Assembly (NCBI GenBank): GCA_036867785.1
Contig: CP145417.1
Span: 868,001-932,000 of the forward strand
Origin: Plasmodiophora brassicae
Lineage: Eukaryota
DNA length: 64,000 nucleotides
Direction: 5' to 3'
Shown: piece after piece, positions 46,729 through 58,019 of the stretch
How positions within the stretch are numbered: position 1 is the first letter of the stretch
Layout: the number at the start of each line of letters is the position of its first letter
Program-made: the position numbers and the translations under genes
Notes under the pieces: model-generated
The model's input: only the letters and a program-made list of their open reading frames with translations
Told to the model about the DNA's origin: nothing
Databases searched by the model: none

Positions 46729-48849
46729 ATGTCCTTCACCGGGTACATCCAGGCGCAGCAGTCGCGAGCGGACGCCGCCTCGCGGAACGAATCGCTGCCG
46801 GATTCGGTCCGCCAGGCTGGCGCCGATCGATCCCGGCAATGGCAGGCGCTGCTGGACGGCACCGTCCGTCATGGATCGCGGCAGCCGACGTCCGCCCCGG
46901 TCTGGGTGACCCTGCAGGTCCTGCACGGCGGATTCGCGTCCGGCGCATACTCGGCGGCGCTCGCCGAGGCCGACCCGCTCAACGCCCAGATCGCCATCGC
47001 CGACCTCGACGCCATGCTCACATCGCATCGCTACCGTCTCGCGCATCCCGAGAACGGCGCCTTGCTCGTCGTCGCGTACCTCGCCCGGATCGGCCGCGAT
47101 CACGACGCCCGCGCCATCCTCGACGAGATCGCGCCGTGGATGCCGACGCTCCGGTTCTACCCGTACCCGGCGGATACGCCCGTGGACCGATCCGGCCTGG
47201 TGAGTCTGCGAACCACCCGCGACGTCACCGCTCTTCTTCAATCCCGACGCCCCGAGAAACCCCACAGGGACAGCGCCTATCGCACCGTCTTCGTCCTGCA
47301 GCCGCTGCTCCACGACGTCATGCAGTTGCTGGTCGAGTCGGTCGCCGACCCGACCGACCCGCCCAGCGTTGACCGCGATGCGTCCGGGGTCATGACCCGA
47401 CGTGACAACGGCGGGTTTGTTGTTCGCGGGGCGTACCCGTTCGAAACGTTCCCGGACGGGTGGCGCGCACGCGCCCTCGACCTGATCGAACGCGCCCGCC
47501 CGTATCTGGCCGGTGATCGCGTCCACAACCGCAAGCGCTTGCGCAATGGGATGCCCATCCCGCGAATCGTGTCGATGCTGACGCGGGTCGTTGACGGGCA
47601 GGCAGTGACGCCCCTGGATCGCGGATACGCGCGCCTCGCCCTCGGTCGGCACCTGTCGAAGCACGGCCCCACACGGTACATGGAGGAGGTCCAGCGCCGG
47701 CAGGACGGTTTCGGCGAGTACCCGATCGCGCCGTTCGCCGCCGTTCTTGTTCGCCGCCTGGCGACCCTGCCGCAGGACTCGGGCATTGCGAACCCGGACG
47801 CGGTCGTTGCCGAGCTGTCGGGCGAGGAGGCGGATGCGATCCGGTATCGTGCGGGGGCGCGCCTGCCGGAACGGCTGGTTCGGCTGGTGCGCACCGCCGA
47901 GATCATGACCGTTGCCGACCTGATCCGCAACGGGATCGTGTCGTCCGCCGAGCAGTTGGCGACGATCCTACCGGCCCTGCCTCTTGATCTGTTTGACGAT
48001 CCGGATGCTGCTGTTCTGCACCAGGAGCTGTTGCGGGCGTTCCAGCGCCGCCGGTCGCTGCTGCTGGTGGGCCTGGCACGCCAGGTCCGGTTCCAGGAAT
48101 TGCCCTGGGTGCTGCCGCTGGAATCATGCCAGTCGACGAATGCTTCGCAAGCGTTATCGTCATCGTTCGCCTCGGCCGTGCACTGTGTCCTGACCGCCTT
48201 CCCGTACGAGTTCCTGCCGAACCCGGTCATCGGCGCGCTGGCGGAGATGGCGCGCCCGCTCGACCTCCAGCTGCCGTTCACCGAGCAAGTCGCCGCCGAC
48301 ATCTTCATGGGCACATTCACAGCAAAGTTCGACGCCGCTGCCCAGATCGCCGCCGACGTCCTGGATCCGACCACGCCCTACGTCCGGTACTATGATCTTG
48401 CCGCCGCGTACGAGTCCATCTGTCGGCGACAGGTTCCGTTGATCGAAGTCTGCAGGCAGCGCGTCGGCCAGGCCCGATCTGGGTGGCTGTCCTACAACTG
48501 GAAGTTGATCGAAGCCGAATGTGATCTGACGACGCATAACCTCGCCGTTCTGTTCAGTGTCGGGGCGGTCCGGCATCGGTTCACGTCGGACGACCTGGCG
48601 ACCATGGCCCTGGATTGCGTCCGGTTCGTCTGTCGCCCATCGCATTACGCCCAGGTTGGCCCCTGCTACCGGAACGACATGCATCGACAATGGAAGATCA
48701 AAGCCGGATTCCGCAACCTGCTCTTCTACGCGTCGCTCGTCGCCGATCCGGCCCGCCTCGACATACGCACGCTGCTGGGCCAGCATCTCGACGTGTTTGA
48801 CGATGCGATTCGCCCGCTCGCTGACCGCTGCCTTGCCGTCCTGCCATGA
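46729..48849 (+). CDS. Intronless 706-aa hypothetical protein resembling an uncharacterised bacterial family
   Basis: Long uninterrupted ORF with strong GC3 bias; motifs GSRQPT.APVWVTLQVLHGGFASG, PENGALLVVAYL, LRFYP, AFQRRRSLLL..LARQVRFQELPWV, EQVAADIFMGTFTAKF, LTTHNLAVL. Confidence 0.8.
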   Translation: MSFTGYIQAQQSRADAASRNESLPDSVRQAGADRSRQWQALLDGTVRHGSRQPTSAPVWVTLQVLHGGFASGAYSAALAEADPLNAQIAIADLDAMLTSHRYRLAHPENGALLVVAYLARIGRDHDARAILDEIAPWMPTLRFYPYPADTPVDRSGLVSLRTTRDVTALLQSRRPEKPHRDSAYRTVFVLQPLLHDVMQLLVESVADPTDPPSVDRDASGVMTRRDNGGFVVRGAYPFETFPDGWRARALDLIERARPYLAGDRVHNRKRLRNGMPIPRIVSMLTRVVDGQAVTPLDRGYARLALGRHLSKHGPTRYMEEVQRRQDGFGEYPIAPFAAVLVRRLATLPQDSGIANPDAVVAELSGEEADAIRYRAGARLPERLVRLVRTAEIMTVADLIRNGIVSSAEQLATILPALPLDLFDDPDAAVLHQELLRAFQRRRSLLLVGLARQVRFQELPWVLPLESCQSTNASQALSSSFASAVHCVLTAFPYEFLPNPVIGALAEMARPLDLQLPFTEQVAADIFMGTFTAKFDAAAQIAADVLDPTTPYVRYYDLAAAYESICRRQVPLIEVCRQRVGQARSGWLSYNWKLIEAECDLTTHNLAVLFSVGAVRHRFTSDDLATMALDCVRFVCRPSHYAQVGPCYRNDMHRQWKIKAGFRNLLFYASLVADPARLDIRTLLGQHLDVFDDAIRPLADRCLAVLP

Positions 48850-49079
48850 TCGCCTGTAGATCCAGGACCCGTATGGGAAACCATTCGTCTAGTGTTATAG
48901 CCAGACGTACCGGGCGTCCAACTCCAACGCCCTTGGCGAGGGGCCCAGTTCACGCCCGGCAGAAATGCGATTCGGACACTGTTTTACCCTTCGTAGGCTT
49001 CGTCACTATGAACGTTGTAAGATGTCAGCTAGATAAACCCTTTGTCGTGTACCAAGGCAACACAGAGCTTGTTCTTTTA

Positions 49080-49403
49080 TCAGACTAGCACATGGAGTGG
49101 GGCCCAGATGGTAGCCAATATCGGCAGGCACACAGTCAGGGCCAGACCACGTCCATGGAACCGTGTTCCCGAGCTAGTTTCCGGGTTTGTAACAGTCGGA
49201 GCCGAGGGCGTAACTGGTGGAGCGCTGCTTGAGTTCGTCGAGGTGTTCAAGAACACTGGGGTGGCAATCGTGACGTTCGACGTCGCGTCGCTCGTCGACA
49301 ACGCGGGTGTGATGGCTGCGAAGAATGGGTCGTGTGTCATCTGGCAGACGGCGAACGACAGCAGGAGTACCAGACTAGCAAAGAATGCCACTCCAGACTC
49401 CAT
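49080..49403 (-). CDS. Small secreted Ser/Thr-rich, probably GPI-anchored protein (107 aa)
   Basis: Signal peptide MESGVAFFASLVLLLSFAVC; S/T/P-rich core with N-glycosylation sequons; SSG followed by the hydrophobic tail GLALTVCLPILATIWAPLHVLV. Confidence 0.65.
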   Translation of the reverse strand: MESGVAFFASLVLLLSFAVCQMTHDPFFAAITPALSTSDATSNVTIATPVFLNTSTNSSSAPPVTPSAPTVTNPETSSGTRFHGRGLALTVCLPILATIWAPLHVLV

Positions 49404-49856
49404 GGCGAAATCGCAGACCAATGATGTCCTAATGACCGACTGGTGTCCCGTAAACCAATGGTCTCCTATGCACCGTACGCAGCCAGTGTCGTCAATACAC
49501 AAACTATCATCGTACTTTCCGACAAGGGAAGGACGTAGAATCGAAATGATTCGCCAGCGCCAGATAGACTAACAAGATCCGGAAGTGCATCGGAGTAGTT
49601 CTATGCAGGTGCAGACTGGATGTTCACCTGCGCCTTCCCGCGAATCACTTCCTCATTTATAACGATTGAACGGCGATGACGCTATCGTGGATCGGCGCGT
49701 GCGGTTGAGACGCCCCCTGTTGTACGTCTGGTGATACCCGTGTCCACACTATCCGATGGTGTGCTAGAGAGAAAGTTGTTTCCGACTGCAGCTAATTCGC
49801 ATGTGAAACGAAGAATGGTACTTGAGCGACCAAGAGACGCGCTGCAAACATATGGT

Positions 49857-51676
49857 CTAATATGAAATGGCGCTCGGAATTCTGGGCACTGGCATTACGT
49901 CCCGGATGTTCTTCGTCCCCGTAATTGCTTGAACCAGCCGATCGAACCCAAGCCCGAATCCGCCATGTGGGACTGATCCAAACCTGGAGAAAACCGAACA
50001 AGGATCAGCCACAGAAGACGGAGGAACTGGGATGGACACGCATACCGCCGTAAGTCTAAGTACCACTGAAGCTCAGAGGGGTCAACACCATGGTCACCCA
50101 TTGACTTCATCAGCAGCGCTGGATCATCAATTCGTTCACTGCCGCCCACGAGCTCGCCAATGTTTGGGACCAACAGGTCCACAGAAGCGCACGTCTTCTT
50201 GTCAGGATCGCCCTTTTCCGACGCTTTCATGTAGAACGGCTTGATCTTCGCTGGGAAATCCGTCACGAACACGGGCCTGGAGCAAGTTTCACTCAGAACT
50301 GATGCAGCAGTGCAATCGCAGACGTACGAGTTAAAGTGCTTGCAAAGAAACAGTTCGTGTTCGGTTTGTAGGTCATGTCCCCATTCGGGCGTAAAGGCGA
50401 ATCCCACAGCCGCCTTTTGCAGGATTTCGATCGCCCGCGTGTAGGACACCCGAGCGAAGTCATAGCGCATGATGGTATCCATGATGTCGTCCTCAATGTC
50501 GCTGTCCGGTGTGTGGGCGATCTTTCGGATGACCTCAACGTCGCCACCATTCCTTCCTTGGACCTGGTTGACGCAGTACTTGACCAGACCCTCGGCTGTG
50601 TCCATAATATCATTCAAGGTTGCATAAGGAATCTCAGGCTCGACCTGGCAGACGATTGTGAGGTTGCAAATGCCGAATGGGTAGTGCCACGAACTTACCA
50701 TCCAGAATTCCGATAGGTGCCGCCTTGTATGGGAATTCTCCCGGCGGAACGTGGGCCCAAACGTGTACACAGGCCTACACGAACACGTCTGGGATTGCGG
50801 CGCACACAAGTAACAAGCAATCCAAGTACCCAATTGAGCAGGCAAACATTTCAGCGTGTAATTGCCCAGACACGGTCAGGAACGCAGGCTGCCCGAAGAA
50901 CGGCCTAGTTGGATCCGTCTCTGCCAGTCGAAACTGTTCGCCGGCTCCTTCACAGTCGCACCCTGTGATGATTGGCGTGTGGACTAGCTGGAAGTCCCGG
51001 TTCTGAACGTAGCACGCCGTCAGCACCAAATACACCCAAAGTCAACTGAGGGACATGCCTGGAAGAACTCGTGGATCGCCATGGAGCAGGTATTGCGAAT
51101 CCGAAGAACGGAACTGAAGGCAGCGGTGCGGCCGCGAAAGTGCTGAACCTTCCTCAGGAACTCCTAGTACAAGACGAATCAGATTGCGCCGGCAGGGCAA
51201 TATTGCTTCTGATCCACCATCGTGTGGTGCTTCTTCTGAACCGGGTACTCAGCAGCATCGGAGTGACCGATCAAGGCCAACGATTCCGCTGCAACCTCTA
51301 GCTCCTTTTCGTTTCGCTTTGAAGGACCCAGTAGGATCTGCCCGTCGACCGATATCGACGCTCCATTGCCGATGTCGGGAATCGGGCCCGTCTGGACACA
51401 CGATCGTCACGTGCCTGACAATGGCAACCGGGTGGCACAGACGTTACTTTTTCATGATCGCAAATGATTTGGATCCCATGCGGCGTGGTCCTGCAAGCCC
51501 GCATCAACGACAAACCGCAGTGTCCAACCATAGCCACACGCCAACCCGTCGTTCAGCTGGATGAACGAGCGTCGCGCGTGCTTGCGCACTGAGCGAACCC
51601 ACCCGCGAACGCAGACCTGCGTCCCGGCGGCCGCCTTCAGCGCGTTACAGATCAGCAGCGGCGGCGCCGACGCCAT
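49857..51676 (-). CDS. NARS2: Asparaginyl-tRNA synthetase, organellar/bacterial type (multi-exon)
   Basis: VRGWVRSVR...[99 protein letters not shown]. Confidence 0.96.
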
Positions 51677-51850
51677 CGGCGACCTAACGCGCACGGCAGC
51701 AATCGCAGCGGGCGGGCGGGGCACTCCGCCGCGTCTCTTTCCGGCGCTCTACACTCGTGGTGGTAGGGGTACACTGTGTAGCATACGTTCCCGAAGTCGA
51801 CAGCGCGCTACATAGACAGCACAGAGCCGGTGTGTATACAGAAACATCAT

Positions 51851-53392
51851 TCAGAGGAAGGTGAGCCCGCGGGACACGATAGTGGCGGGCAGCATGGTGA
51901 CGGTCGAGCCGGGCCAGGACGACCAGAGCGACGCGAGGCGCGCGCGTGCCGTACCGTGCTCGCCGAGACAAAGAGCGAACGCAGCATCGTAGCCACCAGC
52001 TGTTGGTCATCATTAAGTGAGCGACGGCGATGGGTACTAACTGACTGGGCGTACCTCCTGGGACTCCTGCACAAAGGACACCTGGCACCGACATGGTCTT
52101 ATCGAGCAGCATGGTTTGACTGTCCGGCTCAATGCCAACGCTGCACTGCTCGCCCATTGCCTTCATGTTCCTGCGAATCGCCTCGAACGTTACGCGAATG
52201 TCTGCCAGAACGCTTCCGACTTCGGTCGCGGCCCACTCTTCGGGACACGGCTCCGCGCAGGCATTAACGTCTCGCCGGTATGCACTGAAGTCCACCTTGG
52301 CCAGATCCGACAACTTCACGAACAGAGCGCGGACCTTGTCGTTCAGCAGCGCGATCGAAGCCCACATCGAATTGGCTTCCTGGGGACAGGCCGCCCGCCA
52401 CTGCAGTACCTGGCGAACCATGCCAGGTGTGGAGCTGCCTCCACGAATATCGGCAAGGACAAGGGTAACCAGAGCAGGTATTTCCACTGGACTCGATTCC
52501 ATATCCCATAGGGTACCGTCCAACAGACTCGATGCAACCAGTGCCGGCGTCATCGAGGGCCCCAGTAGCCGAGACAGGACCTCCGATGATAGTCGACGAT
52601 AGACCTGACTGCCGAAGAACGCGGCGCTGACGTCAAACCCGCTTCCGACCTACCAAGTACCCACCATCAACATTCATAAGCATTGCAGTATTGTCCCGCG
52701 GATGCCTACCTTGCCCTGGGCAGCCGAATGGCACAGTTGAGCCGTGCGATGGCAGATATTCATCCAGTCGCTGTCGGCGAATTCCGGCTTGGCTGTCGTG
52801 GAGCCAGATTCCAGAGCACCGAAATACCGAAACATGCAGCCGACAAGAGCGCTGACGACAGCGGCAGAGCTGCCTAGACCAGTCTTGGACTTGGCGACGC
52901 CATGTTCGTCAATGTCGGAATAGAATTCAGGGTCGCCTTGCGAATGGATGACAAGACCCGCACCCAAACACTGGCGAAACGCATCGGGACGAAGCAGATC
53001 GCGAAGAACCGAGAGACAGATGGCAACCGTATTGATGACGAAGGGATTATCAGGACCGTTGACGGCAAACATGTCGTGTGGGCCACGATCGGACACCTTC
53101 CAGAGAAACGGTTCCGACGCCAGCTGTGGGGCTAGCAGCACAACAACAGTATCGGTATGCGATCCCGGTCTAATGGAGCCCAGTCGACACGTCATCCTAG
53201 ATGACGTCGAGACGACGACGCCGGAATAGTGACGATCCAGAATGAGGTATCCGCCAGTCAGCAGGACCTTGCCGGGCGCCGAACATATCCTGCAACCTCA
53301 CAACAGTCAGCGTCGGTCGTGCTGGCCCTCTGCACCGACTAACACGATACTGCCGTCGTCGGTGTCGCTGGCCCAGCGCGACCATTCAGCAT
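51851..53392 (-). CDS. ERG8: Phosphomevalonate kinase, ERG8 type (multi-exon; start uncertain)
   Basis: SAPGKVLLTGGYLILD; KTGLGSSAA; HSAAQGK|VGSGFDVSAA; GGSSTPGMVRQVLQW; IEPDSQT.LLD; GVPG|AGGYDA. Confidence 0.95.
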
Positions 53393-53919
53393 CGACCCAT
53401 GATGGGGCTGCATTCGTGGCCCGCATCGTCTCTACGAGCAGGCGACTGCCGACCTGTGACGTGTTTGACCGATACCCTCATGACGTGGCGCCGCCGCCGT
53501 ACGGAATGCGCGTTGGGCGGGTCTGGGGCGGCGCGCTCCAACGCCCCCGTTGGTGTCGAGGCGCGCCTCCGCGACTGCCGTTGCCGCGCCGTCACGCTCT
53601 CGCCTAGCGCCCCATCCATCGCCACCCATCATCCATACGAGACAGCACGAACGGAACAGCCAAATGGGTCTGTTTGCATCACGGGGCAGGCGGACCACGG
53701 CTCATCCAGGGTCGCCAGCGCCCGCGGACGCCACATGGGGAGCCATGACGTGTCGAATAGCGCTGTCGCTGACGCCGCATAGCAAGCCGTGACGTTTCGA
53801 TTAGCGCTGTCGCTGACGAAATCAGTATCGTGGATCGACCAGGACCAAACTTGCCACAACGAACTGTTTGGTGGGTAGGTAGGTCCACTTGGTCGTTGAA
53901 GTTGGTATGTGCAGAGCAT

Positions 53920-54085
53920 GCGGCCGAGAAGCCTGGACCTCATATGTGAAGGTGGCCGCATCGACGAGATCTGGCGGCGACAGGCAGGCGCCCAGTCGCG
54001 CCATGACGTTCTTGAAGCGGGACGCCTTCGTGCGCAGTGGGTTGTCTCCATTTCCAATCGCAGGGGCCGCTTGCGTGTTGCCCAT
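53920..54085 (-). pseudogene. Isolated exon 1 of the VCA-protein family, head-to-head with the 54247 copy
   Basis: MGNTQAAPAIGNGDNPLRTKASRFKNVMARLGACLSPPDLVDAATFTYE followed by the family's gtccagg donor site. Confidence 0.8.
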
Positions 54086-54246
54086 TGCCACGCGGGCGAC
54101 TGGTCTAACCATCGTCTGATCCCCGTTGGGCGCGTAAGTTGGACCAGTCGGCCAGTGACGCGTGTCCCAGTGTTCATAGTGCTACCTGGGCGTGTGGTAC
54201 CACCCGGCGTCATCGCGTGATCCGACCAGGTCGTTGCCGCGCGGCA

Positions 54247-55486
54247 ATGGGCAACACGCAAGCGGCCCCTGCGATTGGAATTCGAGACAGCACGCCGCGC
54301 AGGAAGGCGTCCCGGTTCCGGAACCTCATGGCACGAGTGGGCGCCTGCCTGTCTCCGCCAGATCTCGTCGATGCGGCCACCTTCACATCTGAGGTCCAGG
54401 CTTCTCGGCCACCTGATGTCTTCATGTGGCCTTCTGACGATGAACGCAGATGGGCGCCCTTCGACAGCGCCTTGGTCAACTGGAGAGCACCGTCGCCAGC
54501 TTCACGCCGGCATCTAGGCCGTCGCCACCTCCGTTCGCGCGCCTGCGCAGAACAGGGCCCGGTCGCCAGCACCTGACCAGGCATTCACACAGGACGGGCC
54601 CTGGAGCGCCGTCGCCGCCTGCGCCGCCGTTAACGGTCCCTGACGATGGCAAACTGGACGAGGGCGACGCCACCGCCGGCGAGGCGCCAGTGGACCTGAG
54701 CGTGACGACGACGGCCGTCGCCGAACCCGGTAACGAACCGTGTGCCGTTCTGACTGGCAGTTCTGACACGTTGGAAGGTAATGTCCCCCTCCCGCCGATT
54801 CCCCGCGCATCGATGGCCACTCCATCCAGGTTGTTGGCCAGCAACCGGCGTCGATGCCGCCGCAGCAGGCGGCCCGTCCCGAACAGGATGGCTCTGCGAG
54901 CGCTGGCGACGATCCAGTATGTGCGACCGAGACGCTGTGCTCGCTCGACGTCGCTGACGGTGTCGTTCTCTCTGGTTTAGGACAGCGTGCACTTGGACGA
55001 CAGCCCCAACCTGCTGGATTGTGCTGATGGGGAAATGAAGGAACCCGCGGTGGGTTGCAGATTGGAGCAGATGCAGTCGGTCTCTCGTTCATCAACACCG
55101 CCACCACCACCACCACAACTACCACCACCACATGCTCCTCCAATCGCCCGTCCTCGCCGCCACTACCACCCGCGCGCCCAATGGGGAAGTCGGCTGCGCC
55201 GGTGCAGCCGGTTCCTCCACCAGCACCACCGCCGCCGCGATCACCACCACCTGCTCCCTCCTACAATCGACACGTGCACCAACGACTGGTACATGAGCAA
55301 CTACCCCGTCCAGTGAGGCTGTTGGCGGCCATCGGTGAGGCGCGCTGCCGTCTGCGATCGGTGAAGCGAGTTGCGCAGCCAACACCCTTCAACGAACTGA
55401 AGGCGGCCCTGGAATGCCAACGTATCCTGTTAGGAATCAGTGCGCCAGAGGATGTCAGCGACGATGCCGACATGGGCTGGCAGTAG
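54247..55486 (+). pseudogene. Proline-rich WH2-C-A protein, copy B1 (frameshifted)
   Basis: Same exons as the other copies, with frameshifts near 54790 and ~55140; ends RLLAAIGEARCRLRSVKR...NELKAALECQRILLG...EDVSDDADMGWQ*. Confidence 0.75.
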
Positions 55487-56274
55487 CAAATGTGTATCCG
55501 TCGTTCAACAACCATAAACAATGCAGTATTGCCCCGCAGATGGCCGTCTTGCCTTGGGCGGCTGAACAGCACAGTTGAGCCTAGCGACGGCAGATATTCG
55601 TCCAATGGCTGTCGACTGATTTCGGATCTGCGGTCGCAACCGGGCCGGGCGATGTCGGGTGACGACATCAGTGTCACTTATAGTACTACCTATGCAGGTC
55701 TCCCTTGTCATCGTTAGTTGGAACAGGCAGATGGCCGGTGTTTAGACCAGGTCGTCGAACATCCTGTCCGCGAACCTGTCGGATTCGTCTTGGGGATCGA
55801 GATCAATACATTCAGAACCATCGGCGCGTACGGCGGCGTCGATCACTGCCAGGACATCGTCGAAGGTGAGAGGACGACCGCCTGCCTTGGATGGGATCCG
55901 GCGTACTCTGGGCGTTTCAGCCAACCATGAACAGGGCCTGCGACCGCAAACCGCTCATCGCCTTGATGGGCAACAACCGGCCAACGCTGACGCTGGCGTC
56001 CAGGGTCCCGACAATGCCCCGGCCGAGGCGCCGATTCCGCTGACCTGTACAACGCTGCTACCGAATCGGGCCGACCCTCTACATATCGTATCCCTAACGT
56101 TCTGGGATATTCGTCACGCGGTCGACTGGTCTAACCATCGTCCGATCCCCGTTGGGCGCGTAACGTGGACCCAGTCGGCCAGTGACGCGTGCCTTACTGC
56201 TCATAGTGCTACCTGGACGTTTGGGTACCACCCGGCGTCGTCGCGTGATCCGACCAGGTCGTTGCCGCGCGGCA

Positions 56275-57503
56275 ATGGGCAACATGCACGCGTCCCCTGC
56301 GATAGGAAACCGGGAGAGCACGCCGCGCCGGAAGGCGTCCCGGTTCCGGAACGTCATGGCACGAATGGGCGCCTGCCTGTCTCCGCCTGAACTCCTCGAT
56401 GCGGCCACCGTCACAAGCGAGGTCCAGGCTTCTCGGCCGCCTGATGTCTTCATGTGGCCTTCTGACTCTTAACGCAGATGGAGGCCCTTCGACAGCGCAT
56501 TGGTCAACTGGAGAGCACCGTCGACAGTCTCACGCGCGCGTCGATGCCGTCGCCACCTCCGTACGCGCGCCTGCACAGAGCAGGGCCCGGTCGCCAGCAC
56601 CTGACCAGGCATTCACACAGGACGGCCCCTGGAGCGCCGTCGCCGCCTGCGCCGCCGTTAACGGTCCCTGACGATGGCAAACTGGACGAGGGCGACGCCA
56701 CCGCAGGCAAGGCGCCAGTGGACCTGAGCGTGACGACGACGGCCGTCGCCGAACCCGGTAACGAACCGTGTGCCGTCCCGAGCGGCAGTACTGACACGTT
56801 GGCAGATGATGTCGCCCCCGCCGATTCCTCGCGCATCGATGGCCACTCCATCCAGGTCGTTGGCCAGCAACCGGCGTCGATGCTGCCACAGCAGCCGGCC
56901 CGCCCCAAACAGAATGGCTCTGCGAGTGCCGGCGACGATCCTGTATGTGCGACCGGGGCGCTTTGCTCGCTCGACGTCACTGACGCGTCGTTCTCTCTGC
57001 GTTAGGCCAACGTGCTCTTGGATGACAGCTCCGACCTGCTGGATGGTGCTGATGGGGAAACGCAGGAACCCGCGGTGGGTTGGCGATTGGAGTCGGTGCA
57101 GTCGGTCCCTGCACCACCGTCACCACCACCACCACCACCACCACCACCACCATCTGCTCCTGTCGCTTCATCTGTGCCGCCACTACCACCCGTGTGCCCA
57201 ATGGGGAAGTCGGCTGCGCCGGTGCAGCCGGTTCCTCCACCGCCACCACCTCCACCACCACCACCACCTGCTCCCTCGACCAATCCGCACGAGGGCCAAC
57301 GACGTCAGGTACTCGGGCAACCGGCCCGGCCAGATAACCTGGCGGCGGCGATCCACCAAGCGCGCTCTCGTCTGCGTTCGGTGCGGCAAGATGCCAAGCC
57401 TTCACCCAGCGACGAACTGAAGGCGGCGCTGGAGTTGCGACGATTCCGTTTAGGCTGTGCGGCGGAGGACGTCAACGACGATGACGACGTGGAATGGCAA
57501 TAG
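56275..57503 (+). CDS. Proline-rich WH2-C-A (VCA) protein, putative Arp2/3 nucleation-promoting factor, copy B2 (349 aa)
   Basis: Exons 56275-56421, 56478-56560, 56621-56942 and 57006-57503 splice in frame through GT...CTGAC...AG introns; ends DNLAAAIHQARSRLRSVRQ / DELKAALELRRFRLG / EDVNDDDDVEWQ*. Confidence 0.8.
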
Positions 57504-58019
57504 CAATGTGTATCCATCCATATAACATTGCAGTCTTGCTCCGAGGATGGCCGTCTTGCTTCGGGCAGCCGAACAGCACACTTGAGCCGAGCGATGGCAG
57601 ATATTCCCCCAATCGCTGTCGACCGATTCCCAGATCTGCGGTCACAACGGGGCCGGGCGATGTCGGCGGCTTGGCTTAGGCACATCGTCGGGCACCCATT
57701 GCGCCCGGCCACCGATCGAGATCTTGACCTGATCATAATGGGCTTCAGTTCATCGTCGCCATAATTTTGATGGCCCCTACCACCACGTCATGCTCCAGTT
57801 CGCATCGTCGCTTTGGACTGTCATACTGCTATTGCCGGTGGCGACGCTGCATTTGAAGGCCAGGTCCGCCTCTTGGCCACGACGTTAACATATGTACTGT
57901 TCATTTGTTTCTAATCCATCACAGCACGAGCGTAATTGGGATATTTTCTGGATCTGATCGCGGTTCGTCATTTCGTCCAGTCTGATGAGCGGCAGTATCC
58001 AAACGAGGATATCTTCACC

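Noticed and set aside
47277-48374. 365-aa and 345-aa minus-strand ORFs
   Set aside because: Antisense shadows of the 706-aa plus-strand gene, caused by GC3 bias
53746-53818. Two ~29-bp direct repeats (tgacgt.tcga.tagcgctgtcgctgacg)
   Set aside because: Only two copies with no further context; probably a local slippage duplication
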